Shown: in pieces, positions 41,859-51,180 of the stretch
How positions within the stretch are numbered: the stretch's first letter is position 1
How the letters are laid out: each line of letters starts with the position of its first letter
Origin: Alphaproteobacteria bacterium
GTDB taxonomy: Bacteria > Pseudomonadota > Alphaproteobacteria > Rs-D84 > CACZYB01
Direction: 5' to 3'
Length of the DNA stretch: 55,598 nt
Assembly (NCBI GenBank): GCA_009785175.1
Contig: WQWV01000003.1
Span: 1 to 55,598, forward strand
Translations under genes and position numbers: made by a program
Notes under the pieces: model-generated
Databases searched by the model: none
Told to the model about the DNA's origin: nothing
Seen by the model: the letters and a program-made list of their open reading frames with translations, nothing else

Positions 41859-43193
41859 CTATGGCTGTCCCCCCTGCATGTTCTTCATCATCTCCATAAT
41901 GCCCTTGACGCCGCCCATAGATTTAAGGCCGGACATCATCTTCTTCGATTTCTCGAATTGCTTGATAAGTTTCTCGACGTCGTTTACGGATACGCCCGCG
42001 CCGGCGGCGATGCGTTTTTTTCGGCCCATTAAAATTATGTCGGGATTGCGGCGCTCGGACTTGGTCATCGAGAGAATCATCGCCTCCTGTTTTTTCACCG
42101 AGTCGTCGTTCATGCCGGCTTGTTGGAGACGGTCGGCAAGGCCGCCTATGCCCGGAAGGAATTTTATTATGCCGGACGCGCTTCCGAGTTTTTTGATTTG
42201 TCTTATGTGGTCAAGCATGGTGTCGAAGGTGAACGCGCCCTCGAACATTTGTTCGGCTATGCGCTCGGCCTCGGCGTCGTCGATTTTTTCCTGCGCCGTT
42301 TCGACAAGCGATACTATGTCGCCCATGCCCAAGATCCGGGACGCGGTGCGGTCGGGGTGGAACGCCTCGAGGTCGTCGATTTTCTCGCCGGTGCCGACGA
42401 ACTTCACGGGAATATTCGTGGCGCCGAAAAGCGATAATGCAACGCCGCCGCGCGCGTCGCCGTCCATGCGGGTGATGATCGCGCCGGTAAGGGATAGGGC
42501 TTCGTTGAATTGGGTGGCAAGCGTGAGCGCGTCCTGTCCGGCGAAAGCGTCGATGGTTAGCAGGATTTCCGTTGGCGCGAGGATTTTCTTCAGCGATTTG
42601 ATTTCCGTCATCATCTCGTCGTCGATGTGCAGCCGTCCGGCGGTGTCGAAAATCATGACGTCATAGTTGGAGGCGGCCTTTAGCGCGCGCTTGGCTATGG
42701 CTTCGGGGGTTTCGTTTTCGATTATCGGGAGTGAATCGATTCCAGCTTTTTCCGCGAGAATGGCAAGTTGTTCGCGGGCTTGGGGTCGGTATGTGTCGGC
42801 GGAGGCCAAAAGGACTTTCGCCCCGTCCTTTTTTAGCAATGCGGCAAGCTTGGCCGCGCTTGTCGTCTTTCCGGTGCCGTTCAATCCGGCCATCATAATA
42901 ATACCGGATTTCGCGACGGGTTTATTCTCGCCGCCAAGGATTGCGGTGATTTCGTCGCTGAAGATTTTCACTATTTGCTCGCCGGCCTTGACACCGTCGA
43001 TAATCTTTTCTCCGATCGCGCGGGCGCGGATTTTATCCACAAGCTCCTTGACCACCGGAAGCGCTACGTCCGCCTCGAGAAGCGCAATCCGTATGTCGCG
43101 CATGGAGGTGTCGAAGTCGGCGTCCCTTATTTTATCGCGGCCAAGGAGCTGCGCGAAGGCATTTGAAAAATTCTTGGTAAGGTTATTGAACAT
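41859..43193 (-). CDS. ffh: Signal recognition particle protein
   Basis: ALLEADV, GLNGTGKTT, DTAGR, DGDARGG, RILGMGD, SMTKSER. Confidence 0.97.
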   Translation of the reverse strand: MFNNLTKNFSNAFAQLLGRDKIRDADFDTSMRDIRIALLEADVALPVVKELVDKIRARAIGEKIIDGVKAGEQIVKIFSDEITAILGGENKPVAKSGIIMMAGLNGTGKTTSAAKLAALLKKDGAKVLLASADTYRPQAREQLAILAEKAGIDSLPIIENETPEAIAKRALKAASNYDVMIFDTAGRLHIDDEMMTEIKSLKKILAPTEILLTIDAFAGQDALTLATQFNEALSLTGAIITRMDGDARGGVALSLFGATNIPVKFVGTGEKIDDLEAFHPDRTASRILGMGDIVSLVETAQEKIDDAEAERIAEQMFEGAFTFDTMLDHIRQIKKLGSASGIIKFLPGIGGLADRLQQAGMNDDSVKKQEAMILSMTKSERRNPDIILMGRKKRIAAGAGVSVNDVEKLIKQFEKSKKMMSGLKSMGGVKGIMEMMKNMQGGQP

Positions 43194-43195
43194 GT

Positions 43196-44506
43196 CTATC
43201 TTCCTTTTTGTTTCTTTATTTTATCAAGTTCTTTTTGTCCCCGAATCGTCGTGTCGCCGCCCTTGACAAGGGAAAGCGCGAAGCGGGCGTAATAAAGCGT
43301 AGTTCCGACGGTTTTTGTCGACACTCCACCCCCCCCCATGGCGCGCGCTATTTCGATCGCCGAGGCCTTTCGTCCCGAGCCGTAGGCAAGCTCGAGCGCT
43401 TGGGCGTATCGCGGGCTTAGGTATTTGAAAAGCTCCTTGTCCGCCTCGAAGGTTTCGGGGGTTATTATGTCGGTGTTCGAGCAGTCGGGTTTCGATGCGG
43501 CATAATCCGCAGCCCCTTCGTCCAACTCTTGGCCAAGGCCGAACTCGTCGTATCTTTTCCTTATGTGGAGCAGGGCTTTGGAAATTACCGAGCGTATAGC
43601 TTCGGCCTTCTTGGCGTCCGAAAGGTTTCCCCCGTATCCCGCCTCGTCGCCCATTGCGGCGTAATCCGTGCGGCCGTTCCGGATGTGGAGCGAGAGCAAC
43701 TTTTGTTCGTATTGAGAGAGGAACGGGAAGAAACGTTTCATGGTCTTGAAATCGGAGAGGTCAAGCACGCCGGAGCCGTTTGCGTCCTGTTTCTTGTATC
43801 CGCGCATTTCATCGAAGGCGAGGCGTATTATTTGGGGAATGCGGACGCGCATGTGCTGCGACATTTTCCTTCGTTCGGTATAGTCGGCGATCTTACGGAA
43901 GTCGTATTTTTTATCAAGCAGCCCGTGGTCGATGAGAGCGGCTTGGATTTGGCTATAGGTAAACTTCTTTTCGAACCTTAGCTTGACGACAAGGCGGTAG
44001 AGGTCGTTGTCCACCAGTTCAAGGTATTTACTTAGGCCGGCGTATTCCACCTCGGTGTATTTGACAGAGGAGGAGAAGCGGTTTTTTTGCCCGGAATTCT
44101 TCGCGACCATTTCGCGCACATTGTCGGCGGTAAGGCCGAATTTCTCTAGGATAGAATTGTTTTTTTCGACCGGAGCGGCAAATCGGGCTGCGGCGATTCC
44201 TATGTTTCGCGCAAGGTGGAGGTCGAGGTTTGAAATGCCATTGGCGTTATAGCTTTTCAGCGCGTCGACTATGTTTTTTCGAATATGCTTTTCAAATGCG
44301 GCGCCAAGCGAGGCTCCCTTCGGCGTTCTTTGCGATATCAAGTTCGAGAAATGATCGCGTATAGCGTCGAGGATTTCGTCCCGCCTTTTGCCAAGGGTCG
44401 GATACCTTGCGCGGGTGAAAAAGCGGCCTTTGAGCTTTGATTCGACCTCGAGATATTCGCGGCGCAGGCCGGAGAGAAAAAGCGAAGTCTTGGCCTGGTC
44501 GAACAT
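43196..44506 (-). CDS. Hypothetical protein with a sigma70 region 2-like N-terminus and three sigma region 4-like HTH repeats
   Basis: Last repeat YLSPRYAQALELAYG...SAIEIARAMG...STKTVGTTLYYARFAL is sigma4-like; two weaker repeats precede it; IVDALKSYN segment. Confidence 0.55.
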   Translation of the reverse strand: MFDQAKTSLFLSGLRREYLEVESKLKGRFFTRARYPTLGKRRDEILDAIRDHFSNLISQRTPKGASLGAAFEKHIRKNIVDALKSYNANGISNLDLHLARNIGIAAARFAAPVEKNNSILEKFGLTADNVREMVAKNSGQKNRFSSSVKYTEVEYAGLSKYLELVDNDLYRLVVKLRFEKKFTYSQIQAALIDHGLLDKKYDFRKIADYTERRKMSQHMRVRIPQIIRLAFDEMRGYKKQDANGSGVLDLSDFKTMKRFFPFLSQYEQKLLSLHIRNGRTDYAAMGDEAGYGGNLSDAKKAEAIRSVISKALLHIRKRYDEFGLGQELDEGAADYAASKPDCSNTDIITPETFEADKELFKYLSPRYAQALELAYGSGRKASAIEIARAMGGGGVSTKTVGTTLYYARFALSLVKGGDTTIRGQKELDKIKKQKGR

Positions 44507-44510
44507 GGGC

Positions 44511-45086
44511 TTACCTTGCGGTTTGCGGTTTTGTATATTTTCGTTCGGCGGTGTGCTGTTCCATCGGTTTGTAAATCTTCGCGATGGCGCCAAGGCGGAA
44601 CGTTATAAAGTTGCGAATCAGACCGTCGCGCTCCTCGTTATACGACTTAAGTATTTCGTCAAGGCGGGTTAGCATGCAATTCTTGAAATCATCAATGTCG
44701 CGGGGGCGTATGTCATGGCGCTTTACAAGGGTCGATATGAATTGCCCGTAATATCCGGCCACCGTGTTAAGCAAATATTTTTGCATGGCGTTGAGGATTT
44801 CCGTTTGCTGTTCGATTTCGTTTTTGTCTTCCTTGGTTTCGGTCGCTATGAGGAGTTCCTCTCCGTCGTGCTTTTCAAGCTTAAGGCTGTTGTTCGCCAT
44901 TTTTATCAACTCGCGACGCCGTTCGGGGTCGAGCTTGCGGGCGCGAAGGAGGCGGAGTTCGTTTTCGTTGTCGATAAAGTGCCGCTGGATTTCAAGAAGT
45001 TCGGCGTCAAGCCGGCCGCTTGCAAGCAGCCTTGCGTAATCGGTGGTTTTGGTTTTGGCAATGGCCGCTGTTGTGTGTTCTGTCAT
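44511..45086 (-). CDS. Hypothetical protein with a sigma70 region 2-like segment
   Basis: YGQFISTLVKRH...DIDDF...LDEILKSYNEERDGLIRNFITFRLGAI; ATGA overlap with pgm. Confidence 0.55.
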   Translation of the reverse strand: MTEHTTAAIAKTKTTDYARLLASGRLDAELLEIQRHFIDNENELRLLRARKLDPERRRELIKMANNSLKLEKHDGEELLIATETKEDKNEIEQQTEILNAMQKYLLNTVAGYYGQFISTLVKRHDIRPRDIDDFKNCMLTRLDEILKSYNEERDGLIRNFITFRLGAIAKIYKPMEQHTAERKYTKPQTAR

Positions 45087-46675
45087 ATCGCTATCGTTAT
45101 CTTGGGGTTGTTGAACGTTTCGGCTACTTTGAATATCCTCTCGAATATTTCCATGAAGGGCTTCAGGTATTCAAGGTTGTTCATCGCGAATTTCGCCGGG
45201 TCGGCCTCGTGCTTTTCTATATAGAACCTAAGCGTTGCACCGTGCGTGCCCGTGCCGGAAAGCCTGAAGAATATGCGGCCCTTGTCGGCGGTGAAAAGTT
45301 GTATGCCAAGGCCGGGCGAGGGCACGGCGACTTCGCCGGTCGCCGGATCGGTATAGTTGAACAGCTCCTGTTTCACAACACCGAATTGTCCGACATAGGA
45401 AGTCGTCTTCATACGTTCGTAAAGGGCGGCGGCCTTTTCGGCGTCGACTCCTTCGAACGAGAATTGCGAGTAAAATACGCGGCCGTATTTCGCCCAAAGG
45501 TCGTGAAGGAGTTCGCCCGCGTTTTTGCCGGTCGAGCCCATCATGTTCAGCCAGTATAGGATCGCGAATATAGCGTCCTTTTCGCGGATATAGTCGCCGC
45601 CCTGGCCGAAGGATTCCTCGCCGCAGAGTTGTATAAGGCCAGCTTCGAGAAGAGAGCCAAGGAATTTCCATCCTGTCGGGGGAGTGTAGCATTTAAGGCC
45701 GATATCTTCGGCGACCAGGTCGAGCGCATTAGAGCTTGGCAACGTGCGTGCAACTCCGGTAAGGCGGTTCCTGTAATACGGAATATCCTTATAGTTCATG
45801 GCCATGACCGCAAGCGCGTCGGGCGGTGTGATGAACGTTTTTGCGCCAATGACCATATTGCGGTCGCCGTCGCCGTCGACAGCCGTGCCGAAGTCCGCTT
45901 TGCCGTCCATCATGAACTTGAAAAAGTCGGGGTTGTAGGCGGGATTGGGCTCGGGGTGGAGGCCGCCGAAGTCGGGCATGGGAGTGGCGCGCAGGATCCA
46001 TTCGTCCGGGCAGCCGAACTCGCCGCAGAATATGCGTTTGGCAAGCGGGCCGGCGGCGGCGTTCATGCAGTCCATGCGGAAAGTATTGCCAGCTTTGAAC
46101 CATTTGTGTATAGCCTCGAAGTCGAACATGGACTTCATAAGCTCGAAGTAATCCTCGTTCGCGTCGATTATGGTCGCACGCGACAATGCTTCGGCGTCCG
46201 TCATGTCCGCTATTTCATAGCTTGTCATTTTTTTAGTGTCTTCGTAAAGCGGGTTGGTGAAGCCCTCGGACGGGCCGCCGCCGTTGGCCATCTCGACCTT
46301 GATCCCATAATCTTTGTCTATGCCGGCCGGATTATGCGAGGCGGAAAGGACCAGGCCGAAGTCGGTGCCGTGATGCCTTATCATGTGCGAGATCGCGGGC
46401 GTTATACACACAAAATCCTTGTTCGCGACAAGAATTTTTTCGACCCCGTTCGCAAGCAGAACTTTTATTATCCGGGGCAGGACTTTGTCGTTGGGATATC
46501 TTCCGTCGCCGCCGATGGCGCAGGTTTTTATCGGCTTGCCGATAAGTTTTAGGCGGGTTATCACCGCCTGGACGAACGACTCGACATAGTGTGGTTGCGT
46601 GAACTCGCGCGTGGGGCGGCGAAGGCCACCTGTGCCGGGTTTTTGCGTTGTAAACGGCGTGAATTCGACCCTCAT
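45083..46675 (-). CDS. pgm: Phosphoglucomutase
   Basis: QKPGTGGLR, LSASHNP, DGDGDRN, TGWKF, CGEESFG, FRLSGTG. Confidence 0.95.
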   Translation of the reverse strand: MRVEFTPFTTQKPGTGGLRRPTREFTQPHYVESFVQAVITRLKLIGKPIKTCAIGGDGRYPNDKVLPRIIKVLLANGVEKILVANKDFVCITPAISHMIRHHGTDFGLVLSASHNPAGIDKDYGIKVEMANGGGPSEGFTNPLYEDTKKMTSYEIADMTDAEALSRATIIDANEDYFELMKSMFDFEAIHKWFKAGNTFRMDCMNAAAGPLAKRIFCGEFGCPDEWILRATPMPDFGGLHPEPNPAYNPDFFKFMMDGKADFGTAVDGDGDRNMVIGAKTFITPPDALAVMAMNYKDIPYYRNRLTGVARTLPSSNALDLVAEDIGLKCYTPPTGWKFLGSLLEAGLIQLCGEESFGQGGDYIREKDAIFAILYWLNMMGSTGKNAGELLHDLWAKYGRVFYSQFSFEGVDAEKAAALYERMKTTSYVGQFGVVKQELFNYTDPATGEVAVPSPGLGIQLFTADKGRIFFRLSGTGTHGATLRFYIEKHEADPAKFAMNNLEYLKPFMEIFERIFKVAETFNNPKITIAI

Positions 46676-46735
46676 ATTTTTTCCTTTGCTTAGGTTCCCA
46701 AAATTTGGTATAATATACCCCGTAAAGGAGCGGTT

Positions 46736-46948
46736 ATGCAAGCACAAATAATGAGCAAAGTGGAAAACTACCTTAGGTCCAAATTCGGGAATCAGGACAT
46801 ACGCCTTGTCGGTGCGAAGACCGATCCGAGCATGGCCGAGGTCTATATCGGGAGCGAGTTCGTAGGAACGCTTTACCGCGACGAAGACGACGGGGACGTG
46901 AGTTTCGACTTTAACATGTCCATATTGGCCGAAGACCTTGACATCTAG
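46736..46948 (+). CDS. DUF3126-like small protein
   Basis: YLRSKFGN...AEVYIGSEFVG..YRDEDDGDVSFDFNMSILAEDL matches the recalled family pattern. Confidence 0.75.
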   Translation: MQAQIMSKVENYLRSKFGNQDIRLVGAKTDPSMAEVYIGSEFVGTLYRDEDDGDVSFDFNMSILAEDLDI

Positions 46949-46973
46949 CGCCGGACTTTGTAGAATTGCGTTC

Positions 46974-47044
46974 GGCGGGCGCGGGAGCGACGCAACGGGT
47001 CAGAGCCGGAAGGCAGCAGCCCACTTTGTTTCCCGCGGGTCGCC
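46974..47044 (+). ncRNA. ffs: Signal recognition particle 4.5S RNA
   Basis: Helix 8 motif GGGTCAGAGCCGGAAGGCAGCAGCCC within a long hairpin (GGCG...GCGGGA / TCCCGC...CGCC); promoter TTGACA(46938)-17-TAGAAT. Confidence 0.9.
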
Positions 47045-47060
47045 ATTATTTATTTGTCCG

Positions 47061-47121
47061 GTCATTCCGGCCCCGAGCCGGAATCTATTCTTACTGGATA
47101 CCGGGTCGCGCCAGGTATGAC
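47061..47121. repeat. REP-like inverted dimer
   Basis: GTCATTCCGGCCCCGAGCCGGAATCTA...TGGATACCGGG...CCAGGTATGAC. Confidence 0.85.
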
Positions 47122-47132
47122 GAAAGCTTAAC

Positions 47133-48725
47133 ATGATATTCCTTGCCCTACTTTTCCTTTGCTTCATGTTCTTTGCCGGTGCGCGTTTGATCAAATCCGC
47201 GCAATTTTATCAGCAGCAGGGATATGAGGCGGGCGGATTCATACGTTTCGTCTTCAAGGGGCTGCGTCTTGTAGACAAGCGGCTTTCGCTCTGTGTTTTC
47301 ATATATGCAGTGGCGGCAAGCGGCGGGCTTTATCCTGTGTTGGATATTTTTGCGTTAAGCGTCTTTTTTATCATCGCCGGAATAGCCCACAAGAATCCTT
47401 TCAAGCATTCGCGCGAGAAGAAAAAGTTCGTGATGACCATGCGTGTTTGGCGCATGTGGGGCGTGGCGCAGGCTCTTAACGCCTTCATGTTCATCGTTTG
47501 GATCCGCGCGGCGTTCGGGGCGGCGGTCGGCTATTCGCTTGCGAATTACGTCGGTTATTTATTGTTGATTATCATTATGCAGCCGGTGTTGCTGGTGTTT
47601 GCAGACATGCTTCTTATGCCAGTGCAATGGCTTGTGAATTTACGCTATACGCGCGAGGCGGAGCGTAAACTGCGCGCTCTTAACCCTATCATAATCGGCA
47701 TTACCGGAAGCTATGGCAAGACCTCGACCAAGAATATTTTGCAACACATTTTGGCGGCGCTTTCGACCTCGGTTGCGACCAAGCGCAGTATCAACACGCG
47801 CCTTGGCCTTGTGCGTTTTATCCGCGAAGAAGTCGACGCTTCGCATAAGTTTGTAATCGCGGAAATCGGGGCGGGCAAGCCGGGCGATATCTCGGCTATT
47901 TCGCGTCTTATAGGACAGAAGCATGCTATCTTGACGGCGGTCGGCGACATGCATTACGCATATTTCAAAACGCGCGATGCGGTGGCGGCCGAGAAGTTCG
48001 CCATCTTCACTCCGGTCAAAGCACAAGGCGGAGAATTTATCGTAAATGCTTTGCAGGTCGCGGGTGAATATTCGGATAAATATGTAGGCGATTATGCGGC
48101 GGTTTCGTTCCTTTCGCCCGAGAGCATAAGCGACGTTTCGGTCGACGCGGCGGGCGTGCATTTCGTGCTTGACGGGGAGCGAATCGACGCGCCGATTTAT
48201 GGAAAGTATATGGCCTATAATATCGCGCTTGCCGTCATGATGGCAAGAAAGTTGGGCTTTGCTTTGTCCGATATACTGCGCGCGTTGGCGACGTTGCCGC
48301 AGACTTCGAAACGTCAAGAAGTTGTCCGCGAGGCGGGCAAGCCGATTGTGATTTTGGACAACTATAATTCCAATCCCGACGGGTTTATCTCGGCTATGGA
48401 AACAGCTAGGGCAATCGCGGGCGCCGGGCGCGTGATTTTGGTGAGTCCGGGCATGCTCGAGCTTGGCGATAAACACGCCGAGTATCATCGTCGCGTTGCC
48501 GTCGCCGCCGTCCAAAACGTAGACGTGCTTGTCGCCGTGGTGCCGGACAGGATCCGCGATTTGACCGACGAATTCGCGCGCCTTAAACGCGATGGGCAAG
48601 AGCTGGTCGAAGCCGAAAATTCGCTTGCCGCACAGGAGTGGGTTGCGGCGAACGCTACGCCTTCCGACGTTGTTCTTTACGAGAACGATATCGCCGATAT
48701 TTACGAAGAAAAGATTAGTATATAA
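47133..48725 (+). CDS. murF: MurF-like Mur ligase with an N-terminal multi-pass membrane domain
   Basis: IGITGSYGKTSTK, SINT, AEIGA, DNYNSNPDG, PGMLELG; first ~170 aa hydrophobic. Confidence 0.78.
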   Translation: MIFLALLFLCFMFFAGARLIKSAQFYQQQGYEAGGFIRFVFKGLRLVDKRLSLCVFIYAVAASGGLYPVLDIFALSVFFIIAGIAHKNPFKHSREKKKFVMTMRVWRMWGVAQALNAFMFIVWIRAAFGAAVGYSLANYVGYLLLIIIMQPVLLVFADMLLMPVQWLVNLRYTREAERKLRALNPIIIGITGSYGKTSTKNILQHILAALSTSVATKRSINTRLGLVRFIREEVDASHKFVIAEIGAGKPGDISAISRLIGQKHAILTAVGDMHYAYFKTRDAVAAEKFAIFTPVKAQGGEFIVNALQVAGEYSDKYVGDYAAVSFLSPESISDVSVDAAGVHFVLDGERIDAPIYGKYMAYNIALAVMMARKLGFALSDILRALATLPQTSKRQEVVREAGKPIVILDNYNSNPDGFISAMETARAIAGAGRVILVSPGMLELGDKHAEYHRRVAVAAVQNVDVLVAVVPDRIRDLTDEFARLKRDGQELVEAENSLAAQEWVAANATPSDVVLYENDIADIYEEKISI

Positions 48726-48728
48726 TAT

Positions 48729-48776
48729 ATGCGCGCCGCAGGCGGCCAACGCACGCCCCCACCCGGGCGTTGGCTC
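48729..48776 (+). repeat. Intergenic repeat family 3
   Basis: First 23 bp identical to those at 38401. Confidence 0.85.
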
Positions 48777-48823
48777 GAACAAGTTCTCACCTGCCCGGGA
48801 CGTGCTAGGCCTGACGTCGTTAA

Positions 48824-48888
48824 TAAAAAAAGCGACCGGAATGGCCGCTTTCTGTCTTTTGTTTTGTTGTTATATCCACTAGGGATAA
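48824..48888 (-). ncRNA. Candidate ~65-nt small RNA
   Basis: Minus-strand TTGACA(48921-16)-17-TATTAT promoter, then terminator AAAGCGGCC-ATTCC-GGTCGCTTTTTT; no ORF between them. Confidence 0.5.
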
Positions 48889-48981
48889 CTTCATAATATA
48901 GCGATTCGCAAACATTGTCAACAAAATGTTTGAACGCGACCTATTTTTATGCTATAATACAATCACCATAGGAGTGGAAAA

Positions 48982-49569
48982 ATGAACGTGTCAAAGAAAT
49001 TTCTTATCGCGAGCGGCATCGTGTCGCTTGTGCTTATAATCGCGGGGTTGGCGATTACTTATTATACCAAGAAAACGCCCGAGCAGAAGCAGGCCGAGTT
49101 CATGGCCGAGAGAAGGAGGTGGGTGCCGCTTACGCCGCCGCCGCAATCAGATCGGCTTGGTCAAGGGGCGAGGCGCGCAGAAAAGAACGAGCGCTTTGCG
49201 GTCGTAGGCGCCGACGGCAAAGCTAAGACAGATTATCGTTTCACCGCCATACGTCCGTTCGTAAACGGGCGCGCTATCGTGATGAAGGACGGCAAGTTCG
49301 GATTCATAGATGCAAACGGACGCGAAATCGGCAAGATAATATACGACTCGGTAAGCCAGTTCGCAAACGGACGCGCTATCGTGAACCGTGGCGGCAAGGC
49401 CGGAGTGATCGACATGAATGGCCGCGAGATCGTAGTGCCCGGATATTTCGATTCGATATCCCCGTTCACCTCGTATGGCGAAGCTAGGGCGGAAAACTTC
49501 ACGACCGGCACAATCGCTATACTCAACATGGATGGTAAAATAATCCAAAGGGCGGTAAGACAGCAATGA
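48982..49569 (+). CDS. WG-repeat (KWG-type) membrane-anchored protein
   Basis: Repeats F.NGRAIV...GK.G.ID.NGREI; N-terminal TM helix. Confidence 0.85.
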   Translation: MNVSKKFLIASGIVSLVLIIAGLAITYYTKKTPEQKQAEFMAERRRWVPLTPPPQSDRLGQGARRAEKNERFAVVGADGKAKTDYRFTAIRPFVNGRAIVMKDGKFGFIDANGREIGKIIYDSVSQFANGRAIVNRGGKAGVIDMNGREIVVPGYFDSISPFTSYGEARAENFTTGTIAILNMDGKIIQRAVRQQ

Positions 49570-49949
49570 AGAAACTTGTCGCAGCCCTTGGCCTTTTGCT
49601 TTTATCCGCATGCTATACCGTGCCGGATCAGGGCGACCTTGACGACGCGACCGTATATCATTGGGAAAACGAATTCATAACAATGGAGCAGTTCGTGCGC
49701 GACCACAAGGCATGCCTTGGCGTCCAAAAAACGCGGCGTCGCAACTCGTTCGAAAACCTATTATACGGACACGAGCCCGAAGTCGTGCCGCGCTGGGATT
49801 CGCTTTGGGCCACGTTCGAATCGCGCGGATTTCAAGAAGCCGGACAGCGCGTCATGTTCTCGATCCCGGCAGGGCAGGGCGATGTTAAACTTCACAACTA
49901 CCGCGCGTGCATGATCGGCCGCGGATACAGGCTCGCGTTCTTGCGATAG
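49566..49949 (+). CDS. Hypothetical lipoprotein
   Basis: MKKLVAALGLLLLSAC lipobox; D...C and Y..CM..RGY pattern. Confidence 0.8.
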   Translation: MKKLVAALGLLLLSACYTVPDQGDLDDATVYHWENEFITMEQFVRDHKACLGVQKTRRRNSFENLLYGHEPEVVPRWDSLWATFESRGFQEAGQRVMFSIPAGQGDVKLHNYRACMIGRGYRLAFLR

Positions 49950-49957
49950 GAGATAAG

Positions 49958-51148
49958 ATGGACGAATATTATAAAAGCAAGAAAGAGTTCATATTCAGAT
50001 ATGCGCATGATAGCAACGAAACTCCGATGTCGTTCGATACGACCGGCCGCATGTTTCTTCTTGACGAGAAAAACTACAAGACCTACTCCGAATTTCAGAA
50101 AAGAAGCGGCCTTACCGAAGGCCTTGTTTTCGAATTCGACGGCGACGAAGATCCAAAGCTTGGGGAAATGTTAGCGAAGCTTTCACGCGCAATGGCGAAA
50201 CTTGGCCCGGATGAAAAAATATCCGCGGCGGAATTCAATATCAAATCGGGACAGAAAAACAAGATCTCGGATCTGAAAAAATGCGTCGACTATCTTGAGC
50301 AAGAATACGGCGCAAATGAAAATGCCGAGGAAAAAGTTTCCGTGGACATAGGCGAAAAAACGCCGTCCGAGGACGAGCTTAAAAAAGTCCAGAGCGAGGG
50401 GCCGTCGGTGTTGCAGGATATCGCGGCGCAAACGGAGGGCTTCGGATCGACCCTTAAATACGAGGAATTCGGAAGCGAGGAGGACAGGGCAGCCGGCAAG
50501 CGCGACGGAGAGCACCTTGTCAACGACAACATGAAAATCACGCGCGGCGCGGGCTTCAATCCACGCAACCCCGCGATCTCGGTCGTTCGTAAAGCCGACG
50601 CGGAAATCGATCTGCGAGATATGCAGGCCATGGTCGCAGGAGTGCTTATCAACATCGAGCGCCAGCTTAAACCCGGCGAGCGTTTCGACTTTAACCTTAA
50701 CGCAATATCGCCGGCGTTCGCCGCAGCACTTGCCGACGCGATCGGAGCTTTTAGGGATTATTCGCCGAAAGAGGGCGAGCAGCCGAACGAGCATATCCTT
50801 AGGCTTCAAGGAATTCTTTCGCGAGCCGATATGAAACCCTCGGAGGATTTCGAAAAGAACCTTGTCGCATATAATGAAGAGCAGGCGAAGGTTGCGGCCG
50901 AAGAGGAGCAGAAGAAATCCGAGGCCATGAAGGGCGGGACGGAAAAAATAAAAAATCTTGCCGACAACATCGCGCCCGAGAATGCGGCGGAGTTTCACAA
51001 GCTTGCTCAAGAGGAGCTTCTTAAAAAAGCGAAAGAGGCGGCCAGCGATCCGGCGAAGGCCAAAGAATTAAGGGGTAAGCTGACCGACGAGCAGGCGCGG
51101 GACGGGGCGGCGCAAATCATGAGGGCTCAGGGCGGGAATGGTATTTGA
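49958..51148 (+). CDS. Hypothetical charged protein
   Basis: SD AGGAG; about 396 aa, Glu/Lys-rich. Confidence 0.75.
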   Translation: MDEYYKSKKEFIFRYAHDSNETPMSFDTTGRMFLLDEKNYKTYSEFQKRSGLTEGLVFEFDGDEDPKLGEMLAKLSRAMAKLGPDEKISAAEFNIKSGQKNKISDLKKCVDYLEQEYGANENAEEKVSVDIGEKTPSEDELKKVQSEGPSVLQDIAAQTEGFGSTLKYEEFGSEEDRAAGKRDGEHLVNDNMKITRGAGFNPRNPAISVVRKADAEIDLRDMQAMVAGVLINIERQLKPGERFDFNLNAISPAFAAALADAIGAFRDYSPKEGEQPNEHILRLQGILSRADMKPSEDFEKNLVAYNEEQAKVAAEEEQKKSEAMKGGTEKIKNLADNIAPENAAEFHKLAQEELLKKAKEAASDPAKAKELRGKLTDEQARDGAAQIMRAQGGNGI

Positions 51149-51180
51149 CTTGAAGCCTGAATTGGAGTAGAATTCATACG

